Positions 1 to 11,067 are shown, counted from the stretch's first letter. The stretch: DNA of 64,000 nucleotides from Nanobdellota archaeon (GCA_051819685.1 JBNJGI010000001.1:18-64017), one strand, 5' to 3'. The notes: generated by a model from the sequence alone, not told the origin. Numbers and translations: made by a program.

Positions 1-3000
1 AATTAACAAACTCAGAAAAATTAATATTCCTGAAATTCTCAGAAGGCAGATCATTAACAAAATTCGTATTTGAAACAAAATAATAACTTCCATTCGAAAC
101 ATTACCAAACACTGAAACTGAATCAACCGAAAAATTATTCGAAGGAATCATAACTGTTTTTGAAAAATTCCCATAAAACCTAAAATCAGCATTTGAAAAA
201 TTAGAATAAAAACTTGATGAATTAATAACATCAATATAACTTTCCAAATCCAAATCAGAAAAGTTATAATCAGAAACTTCAAGCTCTAAAACAACATCGC
301 TCTCATTCAAAGAAACATTCCCTGACAAATTATCAATACTTGAAAGCAAAGAATAATTTCTAAAATCAATCATATTGGAAGTATTCCAAGAATAATTCCA
401 AGATGGAATGTGAGTTTCTTCAAAAACAAAAACATTACTTGAATTCAAATAAGGCAAAAACCTTGACTCATTAAAATACTCATAATTCAATTCAAAATCA
501 AAAGAATAATTCTTCAAACTTGAATTTTCTTGAACCAAAAACCATTTCTGCAATGAATTCCCTGAAAATGATCCATCATCATAACTCCCATTCAAAGAAA
601 TCAATTCATTCAAAGAATTCCTGAATTCAATAATAGAATAATTATAATAATAAACATCTTCAGTAAAATTAGAAGAACCATTATACACATAAACAGTAGA
701 ATTAGTTTTACTTCCATTAACAACTGAATTCGAAGAATTAAGAGTTGATGAATTCAAAAACAAATCAACAGAAGAATCATCAATTGAAATCGATGAATTA
801 TGCACATCAAAATTAACATTGTCAAAAATACAATTAGTAAATTTAATATCAGGCAAATTAAACATAGTTATATTTGAATTTGAAAAATTAGAATTAATAA
901 TTTCACTTCCTGCACTTGAATTAATAAAAGTCAAATTAGAACTTGCACTAATATTATTCCAATCAACTCTTTTACCAACAAAACTTGAATTTGGAGAAGT
1001 AAAAACAACATCATTATAATCTCCTCCTGTTGTATTAACATAACAACTTAAATTTGATACATAAGGGCAATCTGCTCCTTTCGCTTCTTTTTCTTTATTA
1101 GTTGCATTAGCTAAAATCATTGAATATTTATTCGGTTGAAAGCTAACAACATATTTATCTTCATTTGGAACTTTAAAATTATATGAATTATTTTCATGAA
1201 CTTGATAATATTTCAAATTTTGTTGTGAATCAAAATAATCATTACGATATTTCTGATTTACTTCATAAAAATCTGCTGAGAAGAAATAATTATTATAATT
1301 CCAATCAGAAGATATATTTTCAAATGAAAATGAAACATTATCTGAATATTTTTCAGCAAATATATCCATTGAATAATCAAAGTTATCATCTTTGTAATCG
1401 GTTATGTTGTTCTCGGTATATTGAATGACATAATTGTTACAATTTACTGTATTTTCTAGACATTCGCTTGATATAATTTTTTCATTTTTAGTAATTAAAC
1501 TATTTCTGGGATTTAATTTAGTTGTATTATAAATTTCATTTTGATTATAAATAATGCTTGTTTCAAATATTGATGTCTTAGTTCCAGTTATAAAATTCAT
1601 CTTGTTTTCTCTCATCAAGTCAGTTTGATAATGACTATAAATATTATAAGCATTTGGATTAAATTCAATGCTTTTTTTACTTAAATTTTTTATTTCATAA
1701 AATAATAAGGAATAAAATGTATCAAAACCAGTAGTTTCTTTTTTAATAACACCCAACTCCCACTCTCCATCGGAATCAATGTCAGTGAAAAAAATATCTG
1801 ATGGAGTGTAATCTAGCTCATAACTTTGAAATTCTGCGCTTGAAAGATTGACTGATAGATTGTCTCTTTGAAGAATTCTAATATAATTTTGTGTTTTATC
1901 AAGACAAACTAAATCTTGAATAGTATCTTTATTAAAATCAAAAATTATAAATTCTTCACAATATTCTAAATTATTATTATCAAGATTTAGTGTTCCTGAA
2001 GTTATTTTTTGTGAATCAGAATCCTCAATTAATGCATAATTCCAAGGTTCATCATGACTCCCATTCAGCACAATAATGTCCTTATAGAAATCTCCATCAA
2101 TGTCAAAAGAACCAAAAGAAGCCAAATTATTAAAAGTCCCACTCCAAGACTCAGAAAAACTAAAATCACCATCATAAGTAAGCAATATAAGCTCATCATT
2201 TCCACCAATCAGAATATCGCCATCTCCATCCCAATCGAAATCAGTAATAAAAAACTCATAAGAAGAATCAAAAGAAGAAGAATTAAAAACAGGATCCAAA
2301 GAACCTGAAGAATAAGACTCCAAATCATCACCAGAATAAATCAACAATTCCGAACCTAATATAATAATATCATCAACACCATCTAGATTGAAGTCATAGT
2401 TTCCTAACTTAAATCCATTCATAGAACTCAAATCTGAAAAAGGATTATCATCAGCCAAAGACAACTTCGGCTCATAAGGAGAAACATTCACACACGAACC
2501 ATTATCCATAATACAACCTGAAAAAGAAACATCACCTACATCAGAAAACGAACAATTAGCGCTCCAATTAAAAGTCCCTGATTCAACAAAACTATAATCA
2601 AAAGAAAAAGGCAAAGAAGAAAAAGAAAAATCAGTCTCCTCAAAACTCAAATTACAATCAATAAAATCATGCCTCACACCCTCGCCGTCAACATAATGTA
2701 CATCAGTTATATTATAATCATTCTCAACCGAAACCATAGGAAAAAAAGAAGGATTTAAAGACAAAGCCCAGTGTTCCTGATAACCGATACTTTTACTTTC
2801 AATCGTACCATCAGCACACTCAACTCCGACATAAGAATTATCACACTCATAACAAGTATAATTATAATAGCCATTCGAAAAATCAGGGACTAAAGAAAAA
2901 TCAGCATTATTATCCGTAGAATTATAAAACGAAACATTACAATTTCTGTCTTCTTCTACAAACCCTTCTTCATCTGAAATTGAAAAATTGATATAAAGAT

Positions 3001-3112
3001 CGCTTTCATCCCTGAAAAAATAACCTGAATCCGAAGAAATATCAAAAGAAACATCTTCTGCATAAACAAATGGAATTACAAGTAAAATTAACAATAACCA
3101 ACCTCTTCTCAT
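1..3112 (-). CDS. Giant secreted cell-surface protein, FG-GAP (integrin-like) repeats, N-glycosylation-sequon rich; 5'-partial in window (start codon at 3110-3112, runs off window edge)
   Basis: Reverse-strand translation from cat(3110-3112) gives MRRGWLLLILLVIPFVYA signal peptide; no minus ORF is listed in the track because the frame stays open to position 1. Repeated DxDGDGxxD-type motifs (FDWDGDGDILIGG, FDIDGDFYKDIIVL, TDIDSDGEWELGV) and many NxS/T sequons. Confidence 0.6.
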   Translation of the reverse strand, partial: MRRGWLLLILLVIPFVYAEDVSFDISSDSGYFFRDESDLYINFSISDEEGFVEEDRNCNVSFYNSTDNNADFSLVPDFSNGYYNYTCYECDNSYVGVECADGTIESKSIGYQEHWALSLNPSFFPMVSVENDYNITDVHYVDGEGVRHDFIDCNLSFEETDFSFSSLPFSFDYSFVESGTFNWSANCSFSDVGDVSFSGCIMDNGSCVNVSPYEPKLSLADDNPFSDLSSMNGFKLGNYDFNLDGVDDIIILGSELLIYSGDDLESYSSGSLDPVFNSSSFDSSYEFFITDFDWDGDGDILIGGNDELILLTYDGDFSFSESWSGTFNNLASFGSFDIDGDFYKDIIVLNGSHDEPWNYALIEDSDSQKITSGTLNLDNNNLEYCEEFIIFDFNKDTIQDLVCLDKTQNYIRILQRDNLSVNLSSAEFQSYELDYTPSDIFFTDIDSDGEWELGVIKKETTGFDTFYSLLFYEIKNLSKKSIEFNPNAYNIYSHYQTDLMRENKMNFITGTKTSIFETSIIYNQNEIYNTTKLNPRNSLITKNEKIISSECLENTVNCNNYVIQYTENNITDYKDDNFDYSMDIFAEKYSDNVSFSFENISSDWNYNNYFFSADFYEVNQKYRNDYFDSQQNLKYYQVHENNSYNFKVPNEDKYVVSFQPNKYSMILANATNKEKEAKGADCPYVSNLSCYVNTTGGDYNDVVFTSPNSSFVGKRVDWNNISASSNLTFINSSAGSEIINSNFSNSNITMFNLPDIKFTNCIFDNVNFDVHNSSISIDDSSVDLFLNSSTLNSSNSVVNGSKTNSTVYVYNGSSNFTEDVYYYNYSIIEFRNSLNELISLNGSYDDGSFSGNSLQKWFLVQENSSLKNYSFDFELNYEYFNESRFLPYLNSSNVFVFEETHIPSWNYSWNTSNMIDFRNYSLLSSIDNLSGNVSLNESDVVLELEVSDYNFSDLDLESYIDVINSSSFYSNFSNADFRFYGNFSKTVMIPSNNFSVDSVSVFGNVSNGSYYFVSNTNFVNDLPSENFRNINFSEFVN

Positions 3113-3187
3113 ACAAAATTAATAACCAAAATCATTTATAAACCTTTTGACTCATTCGATGAATCATGGAATAAAGTTAAGGATTTT

Positions 3188-3304
3188 AAGTGATAATATT
3201 GTCTTGAAGTAATTTTTGAATTTGAAGTAAAACGACTTACAGGAGCGTAAATTCAATCAAATTCACCCTGAGGGACGAACATTAGTTCGCAATATCCCTC
3301 ACTT
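3188..3304 (+). repeat. Intergenic repeat element A copy (about 120 bp, TIR-bounded hairpin element)
   Basis: Matches the A consensus (gagtgatgatattgc...cgacttacaggagcgyaaattcaatcaagttcgccc...gttcgcaatatcactcac) seen in at least 9 copies. Confidence 0.7.
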
Positions 3305-3315
3305 TTTTTATTTTA

Positions 3316-3400
3316 AGTGTCAATTATTTGACAAAATTAGTCTATCCAAATTTCTGGGTTTTCTGCAAGGCAATATAAAAATACAACAAATTTCATGTCG
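3316..3400 (-). repeat. Repeat module B (left half of composite element BC), inverted
   Basis: Reverse complement matches tagtaggcgacataagattgttatatttttatattgccttgcagaaaacccagaaatttgg... found at 26731, 35581 and 44031. Confidence 0.65.
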
Positions 3401-3466
3401 TTAACTAAATAAACAAAGGATTTATAAATATAAATTTGATAAAATCTATTAAAAGAGGGGCTATAT

Positions 3467-6400
3467 ATGAATGAAATAAAAAAAACAGGATTATTAGTAT
3501 TAACCTTGATTATAATCCTTTCCCTAACTTCCCATGCACAAATAACTAAAACCTCAGAAATAGGACTACCTTCAAACACGGCAAGAATATTCGATTTTGA
3601 CAATGATGGAGAAAAAGAAGCTCTTGCATTCTCAGATAAAATAGACTCCACACTATCGAAAATATCATATTGGGACTACGATGGAAATTACTATTTAAAA
3701 CAAAACATAACCAAACACAAGCTAAAAAGATGCTCATTAAGCTATCAGGACTATAATCTAGACGGAAAAATAGACATATTCTATACATGCATGGACAACA
3801 AAAGCAAAATAATATCAGCGCTCTATCAATACAATGGCACACAATTTCAACTAAAAAAGAATTTTACTCCATATACGCTTGACAAACAAAAAATAGATGA
3901 AAATGCATACGGAGACACAATATTCTTTGATCTGAACAATGACGGATATTCTGATATAGCTAACGCATTTCTATCAGAAGGTCAAAACCTTTCAATATTT
4001 TATTACAATCAAACATCAAAAGATTTTAATAAAAAGACATCAAGAATACCTCTTATAAACAACACAATCAAAACATTCTTCATCAAAAATATTGACTACG
4101 ACGCAGACGGTGATTTTGACATAATAACTTATTCCTACGATGACGACCACTTTGATTTATTTGAAAATCAAATCTGTAATACAACTTCATGCTCTCAAAA
4201 AGCTTTGTTCAGAAAAGTGAACAACTCTAAATTCATAAACAACACCTTCTTTGAAGAAAAACATATAAAATCATTAAATATATTCGATGAAAATAAAGAT
4301 GGATTTCCTGATCTATATTACATTGTAGATAAAGGAGCTAGAGATGAAGACACAAGAAACCTTGAATTCGGCTATTTCCTTAACAAACACAGAAGAATGA
4401 ACCACACATTCTCGATAACCATCCCTTCAAAATACAACTTCACCTACACACACTCATCAACAAAACTGATAAACGAGTCATGGGAAAATTATTCAGGGAA
4501 ACCTAATCATTATCAAATAACAATAAAAAATTCCAATTACACATTATCAACAGGCAGGACACAGAAAAAAAACATATTCTACAACCTTAACATAACTGCT
4601 GAAGATTATTCAAACGGTGAATATTTTACAAACAACTATGATTACAACTCCCGAAAAGGAAACCTATTATACAGAAAAAAACTGAATCTTACAATACCTA
4701 ACCAATGTTACAACTACACACTACAAGCTGAATCACCTAATCTATTAAGAAGCAATATTTCAAAAAAATACAACTATTCAGACAATCTTGAATACTGCGA
4801 TGGATATGACAATAATTGCGATGGAAAAATAGATGAAGCATTCAACTACACATGGCCGGATGGAAATAAAACATTAGTAAAACAAGGTTTCGATTATGAT
4901 GGAGATGGATTTTTCCCTCAATATTATACAATAAATCATACAATCAATGAAAGTGGAAACATCACACAATACCAAGTAACATTCAATTGCACCCTTAAAA
5001 AGCAAAGGGAAAATACATTATACGATACAAACGATTATGACAAAAACATAATACCTATAGTGAATACTCCTAAAGAAACTATTAAAAGCGACAAGTCTTC
5101 AGGTAATACAGGAAGCATATCGATAAGAGAACCTACTGAAAAAAATAAAACAGAAAAAAAAGATAAAAAAGATGAAAAACCAAAACCTCAAGAAAAGCAA
5201 ACAGAAGAATCATCATCTAAAAAAGACACATTTGCCCAAACAATAACCAAAGAGCTTTCAAACAAAAAATTCAGCCAAAAAACAACTATAGAACATCACA
5301 ATGGGAAAACTGTAGTGACCGAAGAGATCAAGAATATAGACATATATCCATTAAATAAAGTAAAACTAAGAGTTAAGATACCCAAATACATATCAAGATC
5401 TGCTGAATATATAAAATCTCCTATTAATTTCAATATAATACAAATGGACCCTATAATAGATTTCGAAATAGGTAAAATTGACAGCTTCAGGAAAAAAACA
5501 ATACAATACAAATTCGACAAAGAGATATCAGAAGAAGACGCAAAATTCATCCAAAGCACAATCACCTATAAAAATACGACAAAAGAAGAAAAAAGACAAA
5601 TAGAAAAAAACATAAACGATACCAAAAAAACACTTAACATTTCACAAAAAACTAAAGTCAAAGACAACAAAACAATCGTAACTCTGGACCTTAATCCTCA
5701 GAACGAATCTGCAATGTACAATGTATCAGTCTTCCAGCAAATACCCAAATGTCTTATCGAAATAATAAACGATGAAGTAGCTGAATCTGATGTTAAATTC
5801 GATATATTGAACGCAGACCCATTAATAGTATGGCATTTTGACAAACTTATAGACAAGCAGAAAATACAACTAAGCATAAACTCAGTAGCCGACTCAAATT
5901 GTAGCGACATGATAACAACAAAAGCATTAGCAAGGCAGATAGTATTCTCTGAAAAAAAGATAAACTACACAAATGTAGCAATTGGTCTTCTATTCATCCC
6001 TCTCATAGGATTCATATTCATCCTTCTTTCTAACCTTACCAAAAAAGCGCCTGAAAAAACCAACAAAAAAGGCATAATTGGAAAAATAAGAAAATTCTTC
6101 AACAAAATAAATTTCAAGATACATGAACTAATACTCATAGTCCTGATAATACTCAACATACTCGATTTCATAGAGCTCCTTCCAGGTGATATTGATTACT
6201 TTAAAAAAATAATATCATGGATAATACTTGGTTATGTCCTATATGATGTAAGTATAACAGGAATAGTCACCGGAATAAGAGACAAGACACTTGACATAGC
6301 CCTCATAATATCTTTCTTCATGCTGACACTAAAAAACCTTGTCGGATTCGCTAAAGTAGCCATACACGAAGTAAATCTCATGAAAGACCTATACTCATTT

Positions 6401-8335
6401 ATATGGAAACACAATACAATATTTGAAATCAACCTATTCCTTCTCGGAATAGCAGGAATATTTATTTGTTCATACATACTTGCAAAAAAAGAATCAAGAA
6501 ACCCTTCAATAATAGCTACCTTCATAAAAAAACAGACATTCTTCAAAAATTTCACTCTAATCTTCATAGTATTATCAGGATTTTTCATAACAGTCTTTAA
6601 CCTTATGTTTGAATGGCTTGCAATAGCAGTAGATGCCTTCATACTAGTAACGACCATGATATTCATTATATTTATCATAATAAAACACCACAAACATTTT
6701 AAGAAAAAAAGTAAAATAATCGAAGATATATCAGAAAAACCTGAAGAATTCTATGAAAAAGTAATATCCCTGTTCCATTATAGAAAATTCATCCCTCTCG
6801 CATTTTCAGGACTACTAATACTATTCATGCTGACCGAAATAGCCAACTTTCTAATACCTTACCTGACCGGAATATACGACATAATATACTTCGGTAACTT
6901 CACAGAACAACACATACCTATATTCAACATAAAAGAGTTCTTCAACCCTGATGCAAGCCTTTTTGCTCTAAAAGCTGCGCCCTTAGACCTTCCTTACAAA
7001 GCTTTAGTATTCTCTGCATACTGCTTCAATTTCTTTGCACTCATATACCTTCTCATACTACCTGCAAGATACTGGTATAATTACTTCGTCCAAAAAGATA
7101 AACCTATAACAGAAATAAAACACTTCCACCTATCGCCTGGAGAAACAGGATTCTTCTTCGCAAGCCTTATAATATACTTATTAAAACCAGCTTTCGGAAT
7201 ACAGAAACTTAAAACATATGACATAATAGCAAAAGAAAAAACACTAGTAGGGGTTAATATAACAACAAAACTGATAAACCTCGATAACCTTCCTATAATA
7301 CTCCTTGTAGCTGTAATTGGAGGAATAATAATAACATTCCTTGCCTTCAGATTCAAAAAACAATTCACAGACTATCTTCTTTTAGCATCACTCATATTTT
7401 TCATAACCTATATATTTAAATTCTTTTCCACACAACTAAATTATTACACATCAACTATAATATCACTAATCACATCATCAAAAATACCTGCAATTATAAT
7501 AGGAATATTCTTTATACTTCTATTTATAATATCATTCATATCGATATACGGAATTGGATTCGCCACCATGATATACCTTTACTTACCGACATCCTTTCAA
7601 CATTGCTTAACAAAAATGCCTTTCTTCAAAGTAATATTCCACACTCAAAAAATGCATCACATCTCACACAGGAACTCCTCAGGAGACTACATAAAAAATG
7701 CATCTGAATTCATCAAAAAATCCTTAAAATCCAAACATGAATTATATTACATAGTAGAACACCTTGAAAAAAAAGGCTGGTCGATAGAAGAAATTGAAGA
7801 AGCTGTATCAAAAACAGTTAAAGATGAAGAAATATGGAAAGGATTCGATCATTACAAACATTACCATCACAACAAAAAAATAATCCATGCATTAAGAAAA
7901 TACATAAAAAAAGAACATAAAACAAAAAATCTTGAAGAAATAATAGAAAACCTGAAAAAATTAAGACTTGACATAAAAGACATAGTACATGCCATAAGAG
8001 AAACTTCCAAAGAACACCAAATAAATAAACCGTACTTCAAACCTGGTTTCCAGGAAGAATGGACACATCACAAACTTATAAAAATTCTTAAAAAAGCCGA
8101 AAAAGAAGGAATCTCATTCAAGGAACTTCACGGAAGTTTCAAATACATAAAAAGCGAAGACGGAAAAAAACTTGCTGAAGATATAGCTGAAGCTTTATTA
8201 GAAAGACACTCAAAACTATCTGACCTTGCAAAAACCCTCAAGAATTTCAAAGTAAAAGAAGATGATATAAGAGTAGCATTGAAAACAATAAGACCTAAAA
8301 ATGAAAAAGAAGAAGAAATCGTAAGATACTTATAA
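3467..8335 (+). CDS. Giant (1622 aa) surface/membrane protein: signal peptide, FG-GAP-like repeats, CxGxDNNCDGxIDE metal-binding-like motif, N-glycosylation-rich region, K/E/T/S low-complexity linker, about 12 TM helices, His/Lys/Glu-rich cytoplasmic tail
   Basis: ORF track; MNEIKKTGLLVLTLIIILSLTSHA signal peptide; FDFDNDGEKEALAF / DLNNDGYSDIANAF / DYDADGDFDIITYS repeats; long hydrophobic block aa ~835-1330; TATA-like tttataaata about 40 bp upstream with agagggg SD-like. Confidence 0.7.
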   Translation: MNEIKKTGLLVLTLIIILSLTSHAQITKTSEIGLPSNTARIFDFDNDGEKEALAFSDKIDSTLSKISYWDYDGNYYLKQNITKHKLKRCSLSYQDYNLDGKIDIFYTCMDNKSKIISALYQYNGTQFQLKKNFTPYTLDKQKIDENAYGDTIFFDLNNDGYSDIANAFLSEGQNLSIFYYNQTSKDFNKKTSRIPLINNTIKTFFIKNIDYDADGDFDIITYSYDDDHFDLFENQICNTTSCSQKALFRKVNNSKFINNTFFEEKHIKSLNIFDENKDGFPDLYYIVDKGARDEDTRNLEFGYFLNKHRRMNHTFSITIPSKYNFTYTHSSTKLINESWENYSGKPNHYQITIKNSNYTLSTGRTQKKNIFYNLNITAEDYSNGEYFTNNYDYNSRKGNLLYRKKLNLTIPNQCYNYTLQAESPNLLRSNISKKYNYSDNLEYCDGYDNNCDGKIDEAFNYTWPDGNKTLVKQGFDYDGDGFFPQYYTINHTINESGNITQYQVTFNCTLKKQRENTLYDTNDYDKNIIPIVNTPKETIKSDKSSGNTGSISIREPTEKNKTEKKDKKDEKPKPQEKQTEESSSKKDTFAQTITKELSNKKFSQKTTIEHHNGKTVVTEEIKNIDIYPLNKVKLRVKIPKYISRSAEYIKSPINFNIIQMDPIIDFEIGKIDSFRKKTIQYKFDKEISEEDAKFIQSTITYKNTTKEEKRQIEKNINDTKKTLNISQKTKVKDNKTIVTLDLNPQNESAMYNVSVFQQIPKCLIEIINDEVAESDVKFDILNADPLIVWHFDKLIDKQKIQLSINSVADSNCSDMITTKALARQIVFSEKKINYTNVAIGLLFIPLIGFIFILLSNLTKKAPEKTNKKGIIGKIRKFFNKINFKIHELILIVLIILNILDFIELLPGDIDYFKKIISWIILGYVLYDVSITGIVTGIRDKTLDIALIISFFMLTLKNLVGFAKVAIHEVNLMKDLYSFIWKHNTIFEINLFLLGIAGIFICSYILAKKESRNPSIIATFIKKQTFFKNFTLIFIVLSGFFITVFNLMFEWLAIAVDAFILVTTMIFIIFIIIKHHKHFKKKSKIIEDISEKPEEFYEKVISLFHYRKFIPLAFSGLLILFMLTEIANFLIPYLTGIYDIIYFGNFTEQHIPIFNIKEFFNPDASLFALKAAPLDLPYKALVFSAYCFNFFALIYLLILPARYWYNYFVQKDKPITEIKHFHLSPGETGFFFASLIIYLLKPAFGIQKLKTYDIIAKEKTLVGVNITTKLINLDNLPIILLVAVIGGIIITFLAFRFKKQFTDYLLLASLIFFITYIFKFFSTQLNYYTSTIISLITSSKIPAIIIGIFFILLFIISFISIYGIGFATMIYLYLPTSFQHCLTKMPFFKVIFHTQKMHHISHRNSSGDYIKNASEFIKKSLKSKHELYYIVEHLEKKGWSIEEIEEAVSKTVKDEEIWKGFDHYKHYHHNKKIIHALRKYIKKEHKTKNLEEIIENLKKLRLDIKDIVHAIRETSKEHQINKPYFKPGFQEEWTHHKLIKILKKAEKEGISFKELHGSFKYIKSEDGKKLAEDIAEALLERHSKLSDLAKTLKNFKVKEDDIRVALKTIRPKNEKEEEIVRYL

Positions 8336-8377
8336 AAAAATAAAAAAAAATAAAATTCAATCAAAAAAATTCAATCA

Positions 8378-9430
8378 TTAACTTTCTACAGCACTAATCT
8401 CGATAATACCACTATACTCTCCTGAAGGTATGTTCTTAGGAAGATCAAAACTAATACTGACATTATCCATATTACCCTTTGAGATAAACTTCTCACCATA
8501 ACCATCCACAGTTAAATTTGCAAATCCTTCAAAACCTTCAAGAAGAGCACTAAATACAATATTCTTATTAGCTCTAACACCAATTCTAATATTTACAGTT
8601 TCACCAGGAAGAGCTGCATCACCTTCAATACTTTCAATAAAAAAAGGAGCATTAATGATATCTGCTGATATCCAATCACTAACTCCTCCACTCTTATCCA
8701 AAGCTCTTACAGAAATATTCACCTGATCATTATAAGACACATTGAAATTTGTATTATTTCCTTCCATAATAAAATCCTGTATCGCCATAATAGAATCATT
8801 AAAAATATATTCAAAACCATCAATATCATCATTACCATTAACATCATGAGACAATAAACTTAACATAAGAATATTATCTTCAGCCACAGCAGAAAGATTA
8901 CTAACAACAGGAGCTCCATTAAGAACAATTATATCAACAGAATCCTTATCTTCTTTATAAAAAAAAGGATCAGAAGAAACAAAATCAGCTGAATTATTAC
9001 CAGTATCCGAAACTCTTAACAAAGAATAACCATCACTAACAAGACCTACAGGACTCCCTTCGAAAACCTCACTATCACCATATCCTACAATCTCCTCATT
9101 CAACTTTACAGCGCCTTTATTATTCTGTAATTCGAGATCTCTAATAATATCGAAAGACTCATTCTCACCTATAAAAAAACTGCTCCTTGGAAGAACAGTC
9201 CTCTTTTCAAGACTTCCGTTCCAAACAACATTCCATAAATCATCTCCTGTAGAAGTATAAATATTAAAGCCGACAGTGTTCTGAGGCTCATAAAGGGGGT
9301 TATAGATTTCAATAAATTCTTTTCCATCATCACTACTGTCGGCATTATAGAATATCTGTTTTATCTGCAAGGCTTCAGCGCCTGAAGTCGCTATAATAAG
9401 CATCATCATAATAATAATCATCTTTTTCAT
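8378..9430 (-). CDS. Secreted protein with lamin-tail-domain-like motif (EFIEIYNP) and CARDB-like C-terminal domain
   Basis: N-terminal signal peptide MKKMIIIMMMLIIATSGAEA; LTD signature FIEIYNP; ALPGETVNIRIGVRAN CARDB-like. Confidence 0.55.
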   Translation of the reverse strand: MKKMIIIMMMLIIATSGAEALQIKQIFYNADSSDDGKEFIEIYNPLYEPQNTVGFNIYTSTGDDLWNVVWNGSLEKRTVLPRSSFFIGENESFDIIRDLELQNNKGAVKLNEEIVGYGDSEVFEGSPVGLVSDGYSLLRVSDTGNNSADFVSSDPFFYKEDKDSVDIIVLNGAPVVSNLSAVAEDNILMLSLLSHDVNGNDDIDGFEYIFNDSIMAIQDFIMEGNNTNFNVSYNDQVNISVRALDKSGGVSDWISADIINAPFFIESIEGDAALPGETVNIRIGVRANKNIVFSALLEGFEGFANLTVDGYGEKFISKGNMDNVSISFDLPKNIPSGEYSGIIEISAVES

Positions 9431-9563
9431 TGTAGAAACAAGGAAGCATCAATCTGATTTATAATCTTCGGAGAAAAATCCGGAAACTAATCGAAAAAAA
9501 TGAAAAACATAAAAATAAAATAAAAAAATTTCTAAAAATAATATACACAAAAATAACAAAAAA

Positions 9564-10148
9564 TTAACGATTCAATGATACCAGACATTTTTTTCTCGGC
9601 ATATTCTCAAATCTCAAAACATCTTTCTCTTCTTTTATATCATGGTATTCAAGGATAGTAAGTAATTCCTTAAGAACTTTTACAGTCGCATAAACATCAG
9701 ACATAGCACGATGTGCTTCAGAATTAACAATACCGAAATGATTACATAAAGCACTTAATCTTTTGCTATAAAGATCAGGCAACAACCTATTTGCAAGCTT
9801 TCTTGTGCATAACTTATCATTTTTTAAATCAATACCATGATAAAACCTTGAATTATGTTGTAAAAAACCAAAATCAAAAGAAGCATTATGAGCTACAAAA
9901 ATATCATCACCAATAAAATCCTTCAAGAAAGGTATAACATCCTTGATCAAAGGAGCATCTTTCACCATCTCATTATCGATTCCCGTAAGATTAGTAATAA
10001 AAGAAGGTATCTTAACTCCAGGATTAACTAAAGTATGGAATTTATCGATAATCTTTCCACCATCAACCTTTGCGCACGCAATCTCTGTAATCTTATCGGA
10101 ATTTTTGGAAAGACCTGTAGTTTCAATATCAGTGATAACATAAGCCAT
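9564..10148 (-). CDS. DEDDh 3'-5' exonuclease (DnaQ/epsilon-like)
   Basis: VITDIETTGL (Exo I), FVAHNASFDFGFL (Exo II), HRAMSDVYAT (Exo III). Confidence 0.8.
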   Translation of the reverse strand: MAYVITDIETTGLSKNSDKITEIACAKVDGGKIIDKFHTLVNPGVKIPSFITNLTGIDNEMVKDAPLIKDVIPFLKDFIGDDIFVAHNASFDFGFLQHNSRFYHGIDLKNDKLCTRKLANRLLPDLYSKRLSALCNHFGIVNSEAHRAMSDVYATVKVLKELLTILEYHDIKEEKDVLRFENMPRKKCLVSLNR

Positions 10149-10259
10149 TTATATTAAACATAGATTCCTGTTTATAATTTTTATTGCGATATACTTTATA
10201 ATAACTAAAAAGTAGTCACAACAAATAAATTTTTAAATTCGTAAAAAATACAAAATAAA

Positions 10260-10574
10260 ATGGACAGAACTATAGAGAAGCTAATATGTAATTTCAAAAA
10301 TAATTCGAATAATCATGAAACTGTCGAATTGACTCCTAAAGAAAGGTATAGATTTAATGATGTTTCATCAGATAGGATAAACCAGCAAATGAGAAATCTT
10401 ATAAAAGAAAATTTCAATCTTGAATCAATAGACCCTGATACAGGCAAAGTAATTTATCATGATAGTTATAATAGAAAAACAATATCATTAGAAGTGCTTG
10501 GATATGAAGAATCAATCATCGGTCATTATAGACCTTCACAAACAATTTTCTCTAAATTAAGGGATGAAAAATAA
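10260..10574 (+). CDS. Hypothetical protein
   Basis: ORF only, no recognisable motifs. Confidence 0.3.
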   Translation: MDRTIEKLICNFKNNSNNHETVELTPKERYRFNDVSSDRINQQMRNLIKENFNLESIDPDTGKVIYHDSYNRKTISLEVLGYEESIIGHYRPSQTIFSKLRDEK

Positions 10575-10578
10575 AAAT

Positions 10579-11067
10579 TCAAACACCGATAACATCACTT
10601 TTAGTAACTATACCTGCAATCTTACCTTTATCATTAACCAAAACCATAGAAGAATGCTTTAAAATCTGTATTATAACATCCACATTAGTACTCCTGCATA
10701 CGACAGGTGGAGGACTTTCCATGACATCCTTAACATTACAAGAACCTGAAGTACCTAAAAGACTCCTTTCAGTCACAACACCCATGACCTGATCTTTATC
10801 CTTGACAGGAACCTGTGAAATATTCTGTTTTTTCATAATATCTGTAACCTGATTGCATAAGTCATCCGGCTTCACAAAAAAAATATCTTTTTGCATAATC
10901 TCATCAGCACATAATTTTCTATCGCGAACCTTACCTTCAAGAGCTTCAATAATTTTTATCGCCTTTGAAAAGCCGGGATCTATAAGCCCTGATTCTATCT
11001 TGGCTATAAAAGACTGTGAGACATCCGAAATTTCAGCAAGACCTTTTTGAGTTATTCCAAGATTCAT
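10579..11067 (-). CDS. HTH (XRE-type) + CBS-pair domain regulator; start trimmed to MNLGITQ
   Basis: MNLGITQKGLAEISDVSQSFIAKIESG HTH, followed by two CBS-like segments; divergent to metK. Confidence 0.65.
   Translation of the reverse strand: MNLGITQKGLAEISDVSQSFIAKIESGLIDPGFSKAIKIIEALEGKVRDRKLCADEIMQKDIFFVKPDDLCNQVTDIMKKQNISQVPVKDKDQVMGVVTERSLLGTSGSCNVKDVMESPPPVVCRSTNVDVIIQILKHSSMVLVNDKGKIAGIVTKSDVIGV

Noticed and set aside
3188-3304. Interpreting element A as a box C/D sRNA (5' GUGAUGA C-box-like, L7Ae present)
   Set aside because: The element is about 125 bp (archaeal C/D sRNAs are about 50-60 nt). It lacks consistent CUGA D/D' boxes, and its termini form a long inverted repeat that would sequester the C box. 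MITE-like or structured-repeat explanations fit better.
5296-7368. Minus-strand ORFs (5296..5565, 5698..5910, 5965..6171, 6232..6693, 7081..7368) and 3337..3842 ORFs overlapping the 1622-aa gene
   Set aside because: Fully embedded in a long, well-supported sense ORF with signal peptide, repeats and TM block; no independent signals.
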